A DNA stretch of 64,000 nucleotides from Eledone cirrhosa (GCA_964016885.1 OZ024747.1:13516001-13580000); one strand, 5' to 3'. Positions 1 through 14,758 are shown, counted from the first letter of the stretch. Translations and numbers: made by a program. The notes: generated from the letters alone by a model not told the origin.

Positions 1-117
1 TAAGATCAGAGAGTGCTGCAGAAGGAGCCCAGTGAGATGGAGTGGTTGATGCAGTGGGTATCACTGGCTGTTCTCCTCAGCAATGCTGTCACCATTTTGT
101 CTGTAGGATGCAGCTGA
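1..117 (+). mobile_element. Degenerate CRE-type 3' fragment (third copy at about 47445-47535 on -)
   Basis: EMEWLMQWVSLAVLLSNAVTILSVG aligns with KMEWLFQRISLTILQGNAFSILSTG of the 18.9 kb copy. Confidence 0.5.
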
Positions 118-694
118 AATATGCCATTCAGACTGGTATGTAGAGTCAGCTGCTCCCAAGAGAAATCATTATGGTTGTTATCAGAAGCAACAGATTTCAG
201 GTCATTATCATAATTGGTACTTTATTTTATCGACCCCGTAAGGATGAAAGGCAAAGTCAGCCGAGGTTAACTTTGCCTTTCATCCTTACGGGGGTCGATA
301 AAATAAAGTACCAGTAATGCACTGGGTAATTGCTAGCCTTGTGCCAATAGTAGAAAGAATTATCATAATTGTTGGCGGTGGATTGACAGTATTGGTAGAG
401 GGTCGGATGCCATGCTTTCTAGCATAGAGTTACGGCCCTTGCCATTCTGAGTTCAAATCCCGCTGAGGTTAACTTTGCCTTTCATCCTTACAGGGTCGAT
501 AAAATAAAGTACCAGTAATGTATTGCCATTCTGAGTTCAAATCCCGCTGAGGTTAACTTTGCCTTTCATCCTTACGGGGTCGATAAAATAAAGTACCAGT
601 AATGTACTGGGTAATTGCTGGCCTTGTGCCTAAAGTAAAAACAATTATCATAATTGTTGCTATTGTTACTATTAGTATTACCATTATTACTTAA

Positions 695-1215
695 TGTCTG
701 TATGTGTGAGTGTGTGTATGAGTACATTGTACATGTGTACATGTGTGTGTGTGTGTGTGTACATGTGTATGTGTACAAGTGTATGTGTACATGTGGGTGT
801 GTGTGTGTACAAATGTATATGTGTGTGTACATATGTATGTGTACAAGTGTGTGTGTGTGTACAAGTGTGTGTGTGTGTGTACAAGTGTATATGTGTGTGT
901 ATATGTGTGTGTACATGTGTGTGTACAAGTGTGTGTATGTGTCTGTACAAGTGTGTGTATGTGAGTACAAGTGTGTGTGTACAAGTGTGTGTGTGTGCAA
1001 GTGTGTGTATGTGTGTGCAAGTGTGTGTGTGTATCTACAAGTGTGTGTGTATGTGTGTATGTATCAGAGTGTACAAGTGTGTGTATGTGTGTGTACATGT
1101 GTCTGTGTGTCTCTGTGTGTGTGTATGTACATGTGTGTGTGTATACAAGTGTGTCTGTGTGTGTATGTGTGTATGTACATGTGTGTGTGTGTGTGTGTGT
1201 GTACAAGTGTGTGCA
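695..1215. repeat. (GT)n/GTACA compound microsatellite (similar tracts at 21210-21405, 23590-24130, 32980-33410, 37040-37215)
   Basis: Low-complexity GT repeats. Confidence 0.9.
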
Positions 1216-1451
1216 CATCTTTCAGCATGTGTTATTTCTGTTAATGAACTCATTCAACAAATCTTTTATCTTCTCTCTTGTCTCAATCCAAAACTGTTTC
1301 GCATGATTAAGAAAGTCTTCAAATTTTTACCATTTTTCATCTAAAAGGCTGCTGATGAAATATAACAACAACATTAAATAATAATAATAATAATAATTGT
1401 TTCTACTTTTGGCACAAGGCCAGCAATTATCCAGTGCATTACTGGTACTTT

Positions 1452-1960
1452 AAAATTCCCCAATAGGAGGGAGAGTTCCGAGGGACACTCATGGAGAAAG
1501 CCCATTAAAAAAGCCACGGTGACCCTGACCACCCAGTTTCCCACCTTCAATCTACAGGTGCGTACTCAGAGCAGGCCCATTCACTCAGACCTTGCTTGCC
1601 TCTCTCACCCATCTTTCAACAAATTGCTGAGAAGAGAGCACTTCCCTCGCCACCCTGGTTGTTTCTACTTTTGGCACAAGGCTAGCAATTACTCAGTGCA
1701 TTACTGGTACTTTATTTTATCGACCCTGTAAGGATGAAAGGCAAAGTTAACCTCAGTGGGATTAATTACTTTAATTGGCCACAGAGGGTTGACATAAAGC
1801 AAACAATAAAGAGGGCACAGGATGATATAGTGTAGGTTTTTGTGTGTAAAAATAAAGGTTAGAACAAAACTAAAAAAAAAATAAACATTTAAAGTAATCA
1901 AACAAAGCAAATTCCCCATTGAGACTTCCAAGGGACACTCATGGAGAAAGCCCACAAAAA
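1452..1960 (-). mobile_element. Two degenerate 3' fragments of an L1/Tx1-type LINE, interleaved with SINE-B pieces
   Basis: Reverse translation RVAREVLSSQQFVERWVREASK parallels RMEREVLYPSKFYKRWVNVAK at 55.8 kb; shared agggacactcatggagaaagccca; similar 3' end. Confidence 0.5.
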
Positions 1961-2041
1961 GACAATCACCATCCATTTTCCACACTAGCATGGGTTAGAC
2001 GGCTATATATATATATATGTGTGTGTGTATGTGTATATATA

Positions 2042-2084
<43 letters not shown>

Positions 2085-2101
2085 TATACATATATATATA
2101 T

Positions 2102-2142
<41 letters not shown>

Positions 2143-4502
2143 ACAGGTATCAGCAGTTTGCTTCAACAGAATGTCAGTTTTTTGTGTGTCTTTTTTTGGC
2201 CTAGAAGCGCTATTTTGTTGTCCATTTATAGCCGATTGTTGTTATTTAATTATTCTCTAGTTATTGATACCAAACATTTAGTAGATACGGAATCAGGTAA
2301 GCTATCATATGAGGGTTTTATTGAAATGTCGAAACATGCTTTTTTTTTTTTTTTTTTTTTTTTTTTTCAAACCAACCAATTTTTCCTTTTTTAAATGACT
2401 GCTCACTCAAGTGAGATGTGCTACATTATTGCATGTTATATTTTTTGTTACATCTCACATCACAATGTTTCATGAATGCTTTCTTCTATAAGATATTTTT
2501 TTGATTACTGCCAAGTGTTATTCATACCTTTGTGCATTATAATTTCTTTGTTACGAACGTCATCAAAATGTTTTACACACTTCTTCATTATTATTATGCA
2601 ACTTTTTTTCTGATAAGAAGGAAGGTGGAGTATTGGAATAGTGTTTGTGGTTTTTCACGTTAAGGTTGCCTAATGCTGCATGTGTTTTATACACCACAGA
2701 GTGCTGTGCTCTTTAGCAATATCATCATGTGTTTAACATAAAGATGTGCTGCACTTACTTTTCTTACTACTGTGTATTATATTCATCAATATAAGTCATC
2801 TTGATTCAGAAAATGTATTATTCATATCACAGACGACTTTAATCAATAAATTGTATATGTATCTCGTTTGTAGAATAGGTGCACCAATACACCTATCCCT
2901 GGATGTCATGATAAGTGACTAGAAGGTTTGGTGTCAAGAAAGATATCTAGCTGTAAAACATTTAAAAAAGGATTAGTACAAAGCAAGTCATGGGACCTGC
3001 AAGACTAATTCCTGCTTTAGTAGGGAAAGTTTAAAGTCTGTCTTAAGCCAGAAGACTCATTTGGCTGGTGCTTATCCTGGTTTCATGGCGTGAAGTGACT
3101 GAGTGTACAAGACTCCCCCCTGGACAGGACACGAGTCCATCACAGGGTTAAACTCCCAGCTATTGCTGGTACTCATTTTCAGCTGAGTATACTGAAGCAA
3201 CGTGAAATGAAGTGTTTTGCTCAAGAACACAACACGGAACCCGGGAATCGAGCCCACAACATTATGATTGTAAGTCAAACACCCTTACCTTAGTAGGGAA
3301 AATAACCTTTAAAATGCAAGTTGTGAGTTTGTACAGACTTTAATCAACAGTAAGACACGTTATTGTATTGGCATTTTTTCCACACCAAGGAATGTATGGA
3401 GGTAAAGGGAGGTTACAAATGTTAGCATATTGTTAAAAATATCTAACATCCATTTTTGACAGTTCTGTCTTTCTGGCTGTCTGTATATCTATTTATTTTA
3501 CCCTTTCCTTTCAGTACACATACTCTTACTATGAGGCATGCTTTAGGTTTTTATTCAAAGCAGCATTTCCTTCAGAAAGAATCACTCTTTTTATTCTTTC
3601 TACACCCAACCACACACACAATAGGAATTCAGATCAATATAAGACGAGATGTATCAAAGCCTTTGCTATTATTTCGATCTTGTCGTCCATAGAACTATTC
3701 AATAATAACAGGTGCAAAAGAATCTGTATCAGAGCTAACTCTTAAACGATATAGTCATGGAAAGATGATATTCAAATAGGATGTATTAAGGCAGTTTAAA
3801 AAAAACAAACGGGTTTAACAATTTGATAAAGAAAACTTTACAAAACTTACATTTTAAATGTCCAGGCATTTAGAAATCTACTAATTACAAGTATTAGAAA
3901 TTGTTAATTAGCAAATTAGGACAAAAAATAACCAACACACTCAGAGAAGTTTGACATAAGTTTACATCTACAAAAGCACTGATAATGCCGGTATAAGTCG
4001 AACTTTATATATATATATATATCATCATCATCATCATTTAACGTCCATCTTCCATGCTAGCATGGGTTAGATATATATAAAGTTTGACTTATTCCTGCAT
4101 TACCTATATGTCTAACTTCTCTGAGAGAGATGGATTCACAGCCACAAAATTGTTTGATAATGTAAAAATAAGTTGATCTGTGAATACAAATATTTTCAAT
4201 TTCCACATTATGTGTTCATCATTCTTTTCTTTCATTTGAACCCACACTTATGTATATTATCATCATCATCATCATCATCATGTCAATCTTTCCATGCTTG
4301 GATATGGTGTACCTATTCTAAACTGGATACACATGGCCTATACTTATACTTACATGCATATATATATATATACATACACACACGCACGCACACACACACA
4401 TATATATATATATATATTAAAACTTTTATACTCTGCTATGTATTGAGTACCTTACTTACTGTGGTTACCTCCGATTCAACCCGGAATAACATATATATAT
4501 AT

Positions 4503-4845
4503 GGAGGCACATGGCTTAGTGGTTAGAGCACTGGCCTTGCAATCGAAAGGTTGTGAGTTCAATTCTCAGACCGGGTGATGTGTTGTTTCCTTGAGCAAGA
4601 CACTTTATTTCACATTGCTCCAGTTTACTCAGCTGTAGAAATGAGATGATAGGGACTGGGGTTCCTATCATTCTACTGCAAAGTGGTCGTGGAGGTGCCA
4701 CGGCAAAAAAGCACCCAGCACTCACTGTAAATGAGGTTGGTGTTAGGAAGGGCATCCAGCTGTAGAAATCAAGCCAGCATCAGTTCCCGTCCCACCCTTG
4801 CAAGCAGGGAAAAAGTGGACGTAAAATGAAATGATGATGATGATG
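4503..4845 (+). mobile_element. tRNA-derived SINE family A (CORE-like central domain, RTE-derived 3' tail, (ATG)n); near-identical copy at 31384-31720
   Basis: A-box tggcttagtggttag, B-box gagttcaattc, tccttgagcaagacact core; tail matches the 3' UTR of the RTE at 16.9-17.1 kb. Confidence 0.85.
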
Positions 4846-7800
4846 TGTTTCCCTAACCTGTCAAGGAAGGTTGTAACTCTACATAAAACTGGCTTGAACC
4901 TTAATAACCCGTACAATCAATGCCAGCATGGAAAGCAGACATAAAAGGATGATCACAGGAATATTATTATTGCAATTTGCATAAATAGTTTGGTTATCTT
5001 TATAAATTTATGGGTTTATTTTAGTAATTATTTACATCCAGATTCAGCTTCAGATTAACCATTCTAATCAAATATATCTGAATCTCACAGTCTACTTGGA
5101 GCATCAATAAACATAACTAAAGATATAGATGTTTAATATTTACATAATTATACATTTAGAACTTTAAGCTGAACATGAAAACTATGATATGAATTGCAGA
5201 GTATATAAGTTGCCTACACTACCATGAAACATTCTCTCACACAAACCTTCTACTAGTAAACTTACCATGCAATCTTAACCTTTTAACTTATCTGTCCAAT
5301 GGGACCATCCACCATCTTAGATTTTTATTGAATATCATTGTATTGTCAACTAAGTAAATAAATAAATTATATTTTAAAAAAAAGAAGAAAACTAAGAAAA
5401 AATGTGGGAGAATATACACACACTCAATCATATGCCACAAAGGACACTGGAATTTTCCTCTAATAAATTTTTAGGCAAACCAACACACTCTTTCATTAAC
5501 ATATTTTAATGAAAGACATTGCCTCTGATTTTCAAAAATAATTTTAAAAATTTGAAATGAGTTAGTAAAGTAACTAACTTTCTCATTATTAAGCAGTTAT
5601 TTGAAGCATAACTTAACAAAGGTTATTACATAAAAATATGATAGAATTAATATAAACACTTTAAAACAAACAGTTTTATATCATAGAACCAATGACAATT
5701 ACAGGTAGAGTTTGGTATCAAAGGGTTATGGGGCTTTGAGATACTGAAGTAACATCTGATCAGTACTTTTTGAATTACCTGTATAAATATATAATATTGA
5801 CACAGAGATATTTCAGTAAGATTCATTGATTATGTGAGTGAAATGTGCTGGTTTGCTGAGCATATGGTAAGATCCTGAAACATTACTATTTTGCATGCTT
5901 CAGTTCACTTAATTAACATCAGGTTCTGTTCTTATTTCGCAGTTGGGTATTTAGCTAGAGGAAATGTATACTGCTGTTAAAAATAATGATGCCAGTAAAA
6001 ATTATGTTCCCCACCATACTACTATTAGAAAAAGTAAATGTAATATAAAAATGAATATTTGTATTGATATTTAGCTGAAACCTGGTAGAGGTTGAAGATA
6101 GCTAAGAACACAAGAACTTTTAAAGCTAATCCCTGCTAAAGCAGAGATTAGTCTTGCAGGATCCCATGAAAGGCTTCATACTGATGGTTGAGTCATTTTT
6201 GAGGCTATGTTTTACAGTTAGATGCTCTTCTTGGTATTAACCATTTTAGTTGCTTCTTACCACTCATAGGGCTAGTGTGTGCCTCTTCTAAACCAGATAC
6301 AAAGCCTGGCCTTTCATCAGGCTTTGATACTCAGTGGAGTGGAGTAGGGGTTGGGGCATCAGAACATCCTGAGAAGCACTCTAATTCCCTAGAGAATACT
6401 TTGACAAGCTTCTCTGGTTAACTTTTTGAATGTTTGTTTTTTAAAATATATTGTTGTTCTTTGTTCTTGCTTTGAGTAAAAAAAGTTAAAGTCAAGACGT
6501 CAAGGAACTTATTTCAGGACATTTTTATAAACTCTAATTTCTAAATCTGATAGTGTACCATTGAAAAGTAGGAGGGCAGTTCCACCCAGTGAACCCCTCC
6601 TCCTTGATGATGGGGACCACACACTGTATATTGAATATAACTGAATAGATAAACTTTATTTACATCTCATAAATAATTGTTTCTACTTTTGGCACAAAGC
6701 CAGCAATTACCCAGTGCATTACTGGTACTTTATTTTATCGACCCCGTAAGGATGAAAGGCAAAGTTAACCTCGGCAGCATTTGAACTCAGAACATAAAGG
6801 GCCATAACTCTATGCTGCAAAGCATGGTGTCTGATGCTCTACCGATTCTGCCAATCCACCACCCTTCATCTCATAAATAATTGTCTCTACTTTTGGTACA
6901 AGGCCAGCAATTATCCCAGTGTATTACTGCTACTTTATTTTATCGACCCCGTCCGACCTTCTACTGATACTGTCAATCCATACTTTCTAATTTAGTCACA
7001 GGGCCAGTAATTTTGTTGAGGAGGGAATGTTGATTCAATCCTGACTGATACTTTAGTTTATCTACCCTGGAAAGATGAAAGGCAAATTTGACCTCAGCAG
7101 GTTTTGAACTCAAAATGTAAAGAACATTTTGTCTGACACTTTAACAGTTCTGCCAATTCAATAGCCTTTATCTGACTAATATGATAACAAATCCAACTAA
7201 TGATTTTCCAAAAAACATTGAACTGCTCTCTTAGATTTGTTGCATAATTAGAAAAGTGAATGCTGAGAGTATTAGCAGTGCATTACATGATTCATTGGAA
7301 ACATTTAGTTACCAAAAAAAAAACCCCAAAAAAACAAAACAATGATTGCATTCATTGCTCATTGTAACATGTCATTAAAATAATTGACAAAATTAGAAAC
7401 AATTCTCTCGATGACAGATTATTCAGAGTTATGCAAACAAAAGAACGAAGAATTTAATCACATGCAAGTTCACACCAAAGTTTTCTTGTTGTCTCTGTCT
7501 GAGTGGCTTTTAAAATTTTTGTGACAGTTTTTTTCATTTTTCTGAAACAAAGATACTTTCATTTGAGACACTTTTAGGAAGTTTAAAAGTGATGCAGCTT
7601 ATATGTTAGATTTATATTTCGTGTGTTAATGAAAGGAATTTGCAGCTGTGAAGAGGACTGAATTTAATTAAAATGAAGGAATTTATTTAAAATTATATTC
7701 TGTTCAAATTGCAACGTGATGTGAAGAATTTTATAAGTTTTTAAGACTATCAGTAAAGACACCAAACTGGCAAAATTGTGAGAATATTGGATAGAATGCT

Positions 7801-7868
7801 TTGAGGTATTCGTTTCAGCTTATTGCACTCTTGAGTTCAAATTCTGCCAAAATCAACTTAGCCTTTAA

Positions 7869-8088
7869 CTCTTTAGCATTTAAACCGGCTGTATCCGGCC
7901 AGAATTCTCTCACCTCGTTCTGTTCAAACCAACCATAACTGGCCACTCATACTGATGTTAAGGTATTGTTCTCAAAATAAAAAATATCAAAATCTCATAG
8001 ATTCGATATTTTGTGAGATATTATGTAAGATGAAGTGTTTACCATGAAAATACAATAGTATATATAGAGTAATGTAAATGCTAAAGGG
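7869..8088. mobile_element. piggyBac-type MITE with TTAA target duplication (second copy 37924-38144)
   Basis: ttaa-c(c/t)ctttagcattta...taaatgctaaaggg-ttaa; the two copies align end to end. Confidence 0.75.
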
Positions 8089-9490
8089 TTAATTATTTTG
8101 AGGTTGATAAAAAAAGTACGCCTTTTCTTCATCTATCTCTTTTTCACTTTCTTTCCTTCTTTGAAAGAAATTAGCTGTGTTCAAACCTGGAGAGAGATGG
8201 GCTCTGTCAGGTTTAAAATGTCACTATAGCACACCTATAATTCCATCATGAGTTATAGGCCCATATATACATGACTAGCAATACTCAATATAAAGCAGAA
8301 ATACATAATGGTGTATTCATTAGGAATACATACTGCTATCATTAGGAAACATTATTGAAGGGCTTCTCTGAACTATTTGCAAATATTCTTGCTATGAAGA
8401 TATCCAGATTGAGTTTTAGACCAATTTTCACCTGTTGAGGGAAAAGAAAGTACTACTCAGTTATTTTCAGATGTCTTTTACACCAGGATTAAGTAAAATT
8501 TCCCAAACTACTTGACCTGGTGAATCTGCTAACCTGTTACTGCTAATTTGGAATTAGCTGACATGTTAGATACAATAAATCAAACAGTGAGAAGCAGGGA
8601 GAATGACGAGATGGTCCTTCACAACTGTGTTTTAATTCATGTTGATTACATACTCCTTCTCTCTCTGTTGCACACGCACACTTTCTCTCTCTGTCTCACA
8701 CACTCAAACACATTCCTTCTGTCTCTGTCTCACACACACACACCTTCTCTCTCTGTCTCTGTCTCTCTCTCTCACACACACACACACACACTCCTTCTCT
8801 CTCTGTCTCACACATACACACACACACGCTCTCTCTCTCTCTCACACACACACTCACTCACTCCTGGCCAATGTCATTTTCAGTTTATTTCCTTATATTG
8901 CATTTACTGAATGTGTCATCAATTATATCAAACTGTTTTGTGATTTGGTGTCTTTATTTCTCTTGTGGCAAATAAAGAAATCATCATCATCGTCATCATC
9001 ATCACCATCGTCATTACCACCACCACCACCACCACCACCACTTTCTATATAATTCCCTTCCTCGCACCCACTCTTTACGTAACCTGTCCTTGTAATATTC
9101 CCTTCATCACCATTATTGTTCATTTAGTTACTTATTTGATTTTGTTATGGCAGACTTAATACTTCTAATGGGATTTTGTTACAAAGAATTGTCAATTTAA
9201 ATTTATATTTTATTTTAAAACTTTATTATTCTTTCCAAATTAGATAGGAGTTTTTCTTTTCATTTTTTGTGCTTTTTCAATCAGAAAACCTGAAATAGCG
9301 TTTCAACATTTTCAAACACTTGTTTCAGATTTTTCTTCTTATTTCTATATAAATATATTTTTTAATCCAGCTTCAGTTAGTTGGATACACCAACTCATTA
9401 TACCATAACATTGTATTTCTGTAATGCATATATATATATATGCAAAAAAAAAAAAGAAAAAAAAAAAAAATATATATATATATATATATA

Positions 9491-9701
9491 AAGTGTGGTA
9501 AGGAGCCAGGTGGACCATAACACACCAGAGTACTCGATACTTAGGATAGTAGAGTGGATAATAGCAAAAGAGTCAGGACCCCGACGGCTGAGTTCTGGCC
9601 TTTTTGACAGCTAAATCGGAACTAACCCAGCAGTATCTGGGTTAGTTCAGATCTAGCTATCGAAACAGCTGGAGCTCAGCCGTCGGAGTCCTGACTCTTT
9701 T

Positions 9702-9706
<5 letters not shown>
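9491..9706 (-). mobile_element. Foldback element with a tail, in (TA)n; second copy at about 59178-59393
   Basis: Arms 9561-9630 and 9637-9706; shared tail tgtggtaag..ccaggtggaccat..caccagagtactcgatacttag; retains only the GAAAC-stem III-GTC half of a hammerhead-like core. Confidence 0.62.
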
Positions 9707-9757
<51 letters not shown>

Positions 9758-11189
9758 TAAAATAAATTGAAGCTCAAAGTTGAGAATGGGTGCTTCTTGT
9801 TGCAGCACCAAACTGTAAAGCCTTATGTTGCATTGTGGGCCCTTGTAAAAAACTTTCTAATTTTTGCCCCCTCCTCCCCTCTCTCCTATATATATATATA
9901 CACACACACTCTCGTGTGTGTGTGCTTATGTGTGTGCACAAGCTTATATTTCTAAATTCTATCAATTGTATTAACGTCAGTCCTTAGCTGGTACTTTATT
10001 TTTATTTTATCAACTCCAGAAAGATGAAATACAAATTTGACCTCAATGTAAACAAGCTTTAATGATTTTCCCAATCCATCATAGTTTAGATAAAATAAAG
10101 AAGATATTTTCCTTTAATGTGAGTATCACAGCTTAATGGTAGAGCAAGTTCTTCGCAAGCTGAATGAACCATTTCACTGATGTTTTGCTAGAGTCAATAA
10201 CCTACAAAGGAATGAACTCTGTCCTTCTGATAAAATTAAGCCACCATTGGTCATGATATTATGATGGGTTTGCAGAGAGATCCTTATTACCTTAAGGCTC
10301 CATTGGTCATGATATTACCATGGGTTTGCACCTAGAAAGATCTTGTCAAAGGCACAGGCTTAGTCAAGGCTTTTTGTAGAAGACCAACAGTCAAACATGA
10401 ATGGAAGTCTTCTTACTCTGTCAAAAGAGACAAAATAAATACTACAAGGAATTATGACTGGCGTGTCTCTAACAAATCTACCTATGCACCACCCTAGGTT
10501 ATTTGTAGGTTATTGTGGAGGTACGTGGCCTAGTGGTAAGGGTGTTGGACTTACGATCATTATGTCGTGGGTTCGATTCCTGGGTTGCGTGTTGTGTTCT
10601 TGAGAAAAACACTTCATTTCACATTGCTCTAGTAAACTCAGCTGCAAATGAGTACCAGCAATAGCTGGGAGTTTAACCCTGCAAGGAGGAGAGTCTTGTA
10701 CTCTCAGTCGCTTCACACCATCAAACCGGGATAAGCACCGGCCAAAATAACTGGCTTAAGACAGACAAGCAGACACCCTGGGCTTGTATTGTATTTATCA
10801 AACCATGAAAGAATAAAAAGTAATGTTGATCTCAAAGAGATTGGAAATCAGAGGACAGAGAACTGGAAGAAATACTGCCAAATATTTTAACGTGATGCTC
10901 TACCAATTTGGTCAATACATGAAGATGAAGCCTAAGAAGGGATCCAATAACTCGAAAAGGTTTAGAAGTAGTTCTTATTTCTTTTTGTGTCTTTTTTTTT
11001 GTTTTGTTTGTTTGACACAGTGACGCCAACAATCTACTCAACCTTTCTATCACATCAAGTTATCCATCCATCATTCATTTATCTATTTATATGTGTGTGT
11101 ATGTGTGTATGTACACATCTCTTTCTTCCTCTGTACGTGTATATATTTATATATATATATATATATGGGAGAGTGAGAGCATGCGATAT

Positions 11190-11490
11190 GTACACACACA
11201 CGCACACATATATATATATATATATGTATATACTCACACACACACATATATGTATATACTCTCACAAACACACTTATATGTATATACTCTCACACACACA
11301 CATATATGTATATATTCTCACATACACACACATATATATATACTCTCACACACACACATATATATATATATATACTCACACACACACATATATATATATA
11401 TATACTCACACACACACATATATATATATACTCACACACACACATATATATATATATATACTCACACACACACATATATATATATATACT

Positions 11491-11528
<38 letters not shown>

Positions 11529-11826
11529 CTCACACACACATATATATATATATATATACTCACACACACACATATATATATATACTCACACACACACATA
11601 TATATATATATATACTCACACACACACATATATATATATATATACTCACACACACACATATATATATATATATATACTCATACACACACATATATATATA
11701 TATATATACTCACACACACACATATATATATATATATACTCACACACACACACATATATATATATATACTCACACACACACACATATATATATATATATA
11801 CTCACACACATATATATATATATACT

Positions 11827-11860
<34 letters not shown>

Positions 11861-12218
11861 CTCACACACACACATATATATATATATATACTCACACACA
11901 CACATATATATATATACTCACACACACACATATATATATATATATACTCACACACACACATATATATATATATATACTCACACACACACACATATATATA
12001 TATATATACTCATACACACACATATATATATATATATATACTCACACACACACACATATATATATATATATACTCACACACACACATATATATATATATA
12101 CTCACACACACACATATATATATATACTCACACACACACATATATATATATATATACTCACACACACACACATATATATATATATACTCACACACACACA
12201 CATATATATATATATACT

Positions 12219-12250
<32 letters not shown>

Positions 12251-12312
12251 CTCACACACACACACACATATATATATATACTCACACACACACATATATA
12301 TATATATATACT

Positions 12313-12344
<32 letters not shown>

Positions 12345-12400
12345 CTCACACACACATATATATATATATATATACTCATACACACACACATATATATATA
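11190..12400. repeat. Compound (TA)n-CT-(CA)n higher-order microsatellite
   Basis: Repeated ctcacacacacacatatatatatata units of variable length. Confidence 0.9.
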
Positions 12401-13755
12401 ATTTGACGGGCATAAGCAGAAACATGTACATACTTGTAATTATACAAATATGGGCACCTAATATCTGCTGAATAACTAAGATAAGCCAATGTATTTATTT
12501 TCTTTTTTTATCTATTATAGATACAGCTTCAACAGATATTTCAAAATCAATTTAAAATTGCTGATCTTGCTTTTATTTTCTCATCATTTCTATTTCTTTA
12601 CAATTTAATCCGTTTAATCGTGGATTTTATTTCTGTTTCCCCTTCTGTCTTCTTTTCTAATTTCTAGTCCCAATGTCTGAGCTGAGTGTATGTTGCATAA
12701 CATTTCTTTTGTTTATGTATATCTGAATTTGTATTGGAATGTGTGTGTTTATGTATGTGTGCATGTATATATACACGCATGCATACATGCACACATACAT
12801 AAATATATTTCTATATATATATATTATTATTAGCACAGATTAAAAGTTTAAGTAAACAATTTCTGCTTTCACCCATTTATATGTATGTATACATATGTGT
12901 GTATGTGTGTGTATATTGATTAAGGTGAATGTTCGTGTTTACAAAAGAAAAAATTACACAATACATGAAACAGAGTTTGTGTATTTTAATAGAAGCTGAA
13001 GTTTCGTAAACACCCCAAAATATGATTAGTCATCGAGATTTGATTGGTTGCCAAAAATTAGTTAGAAAATACATTTCACATTCATCTATTAAATTGTCAT
13101 ATGCAATATATAATATATTCATCTATTCACTTGGTAAACCTGTGAAATTTTCTTGTCTTTATACTTATGCATAAAACATACAGAACCCTTTTGATACCAA
13201 CCCAAACAAAACTGGCTTTTATTCTATGAAACAAAGTCCCCCATTTTAAAGGTTTCCTATTTCAATTAAAATCTTTTAACAATTTTTTAAAAGAACTATA
13301 TGTATTATCTTAGTAATAAAATAATTTTAGTGTATCCATCAAAATTTGTCATTAATTAATTGAAATAAATATATTTTATTAGAAATATTGTCTCAAAAGG
13401 GTTGATGCAGTTTTAGTATTGATGAATAGCTGAATGTTTTTTTCAATAAATAACCATCTTTCAGGGTATAACAAATATTTTGTGTTGGAAATATATAAGT
13501 TTCACCAGTTGAATTTAGAGCTTCTTCAAGAAATATCTTTTGCATGAATTTACTAATTCCTATCTTTTGTTCAAAATTGCAAATGGCTGCAATAATGCAA
13601 TAAGAGGATATACTTCTTTGTTAGAAAGTATTCCATCTTCTAGAGGAATTAATGTAGTAGGGGTGTGTGAATATTCTACAATAGCCTAATCAATTTCATA
13701 ATTGTTAATATTATATTCCTTTAAATTCCAGTATTTTGTCAGTGAGGTGGTAAAG

Positions 13756-14024
13756 TGTCATTCTAAGTGTCTGATTGTATACATATATGCTATGAGAATC
13801 TATTTTCTAAAAGAGATTTTCAGTAAGCCCTATTCACCTTTTTGTTTCACTGCTAATGTTTTAGAAAGATATATGCTATTAAGGAATACTGGCTTTCTCA
13901 ACAGCATATATCTTTCTAAAACATTAGCAGTGAAACAAAAAGGTGAATAGGGCTTACTGAAAATCTCTTTTAGAAAATAGATTCTCATAGCATATATGTA
14001 TACAATCAGACACTTAGAATGACA
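13756..14024. repeat. Perfect 122-bp inverted repeat with a 25-bp spacer
   Basis: 13756-13877 is the reverse complement of 13903-14024. Confidence 0.92.
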
Positions 14025-14758
14025 GTTACATAGAAGGGAAGATGTGAAGGTGCATGACTTAATGGTTACAGAACTTGATTTGCAATCATGAGGCTGCAAG
14101 TTTAATTTCTGGACCATCTGATGCGTTATGTCCTTGACCAAGACACTTTATTCCATCTTACTCTTTCTGCTAGGAGTTACATCCAGGAGATAATATCAAC
14201 ATTGTTTCCTTGGTCTGATTCACTCAGTAAGTGAATGAAGTTTGGGATATTGTCAACTGATTCGATCAATTGATAGAATAGGGAAGAGTTTTGCGTGTTT
14301 GTACTGGGAAGTTTTCATCTGTTTATAGTAGCTGTGGAAGCAACAAATTTTATGGAGCAAAAATCATTAGTAATTTTTTCATGAACCATTAGTTTTTCTT
14401 TTTTAAATATACATTTAAGTCACTGAAGGTTGCCAGAAATTTCTTTTAATAGTGATCATTTTTTAATTATACAATTGAAGAAATTATCTAAAAGTAATTT
14501 TCTTCTGTGTGGTTAATTGATTTGCTATTTTACCATTACAACAAATTGGTAAATAATGAAAATGAATATGTTTAAGGTTTTGGTGACACCTTTTTTAACT
14601 TAACTTGAACAGCTGAAAATATATAACAATTTTGTATAAAATTTACTTACAGGAGTTATTGATATATTGAAATATATCATGTAACTATTTTACAGTCATT
14701 TTTTCTAAAATGTCAATGTTTTTAAAGAACTCTATATACTTAAAATATAAATTATATA

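Noticed and set aside
572-1344. His/Thr- and Val/Cys-rich ORFs (also at 11-12.4, 19.2-20, 23.6-25.6, 33 and 37 kb)
   Set aside because: Translations of dinucleotide micro- and minisatellites that lack stops in several frames; no splice or homology support.
3940-4125. Degenerate inverted repeat around a SINE tail as another hammerhead cassette
   Set aside because: The arms are short and diverged, and no ribozyme core could be fitted.
4503-4575. tRNA genes at SINE heads
   Set aside because: A and B boxes are present, but there is no complete cloverleaf and each continues into a SINE body.
13702-14141. Pair of near-identical ORFs on opposite strands
   Set aside because: A by-product of the 122-bp inverted repeat.
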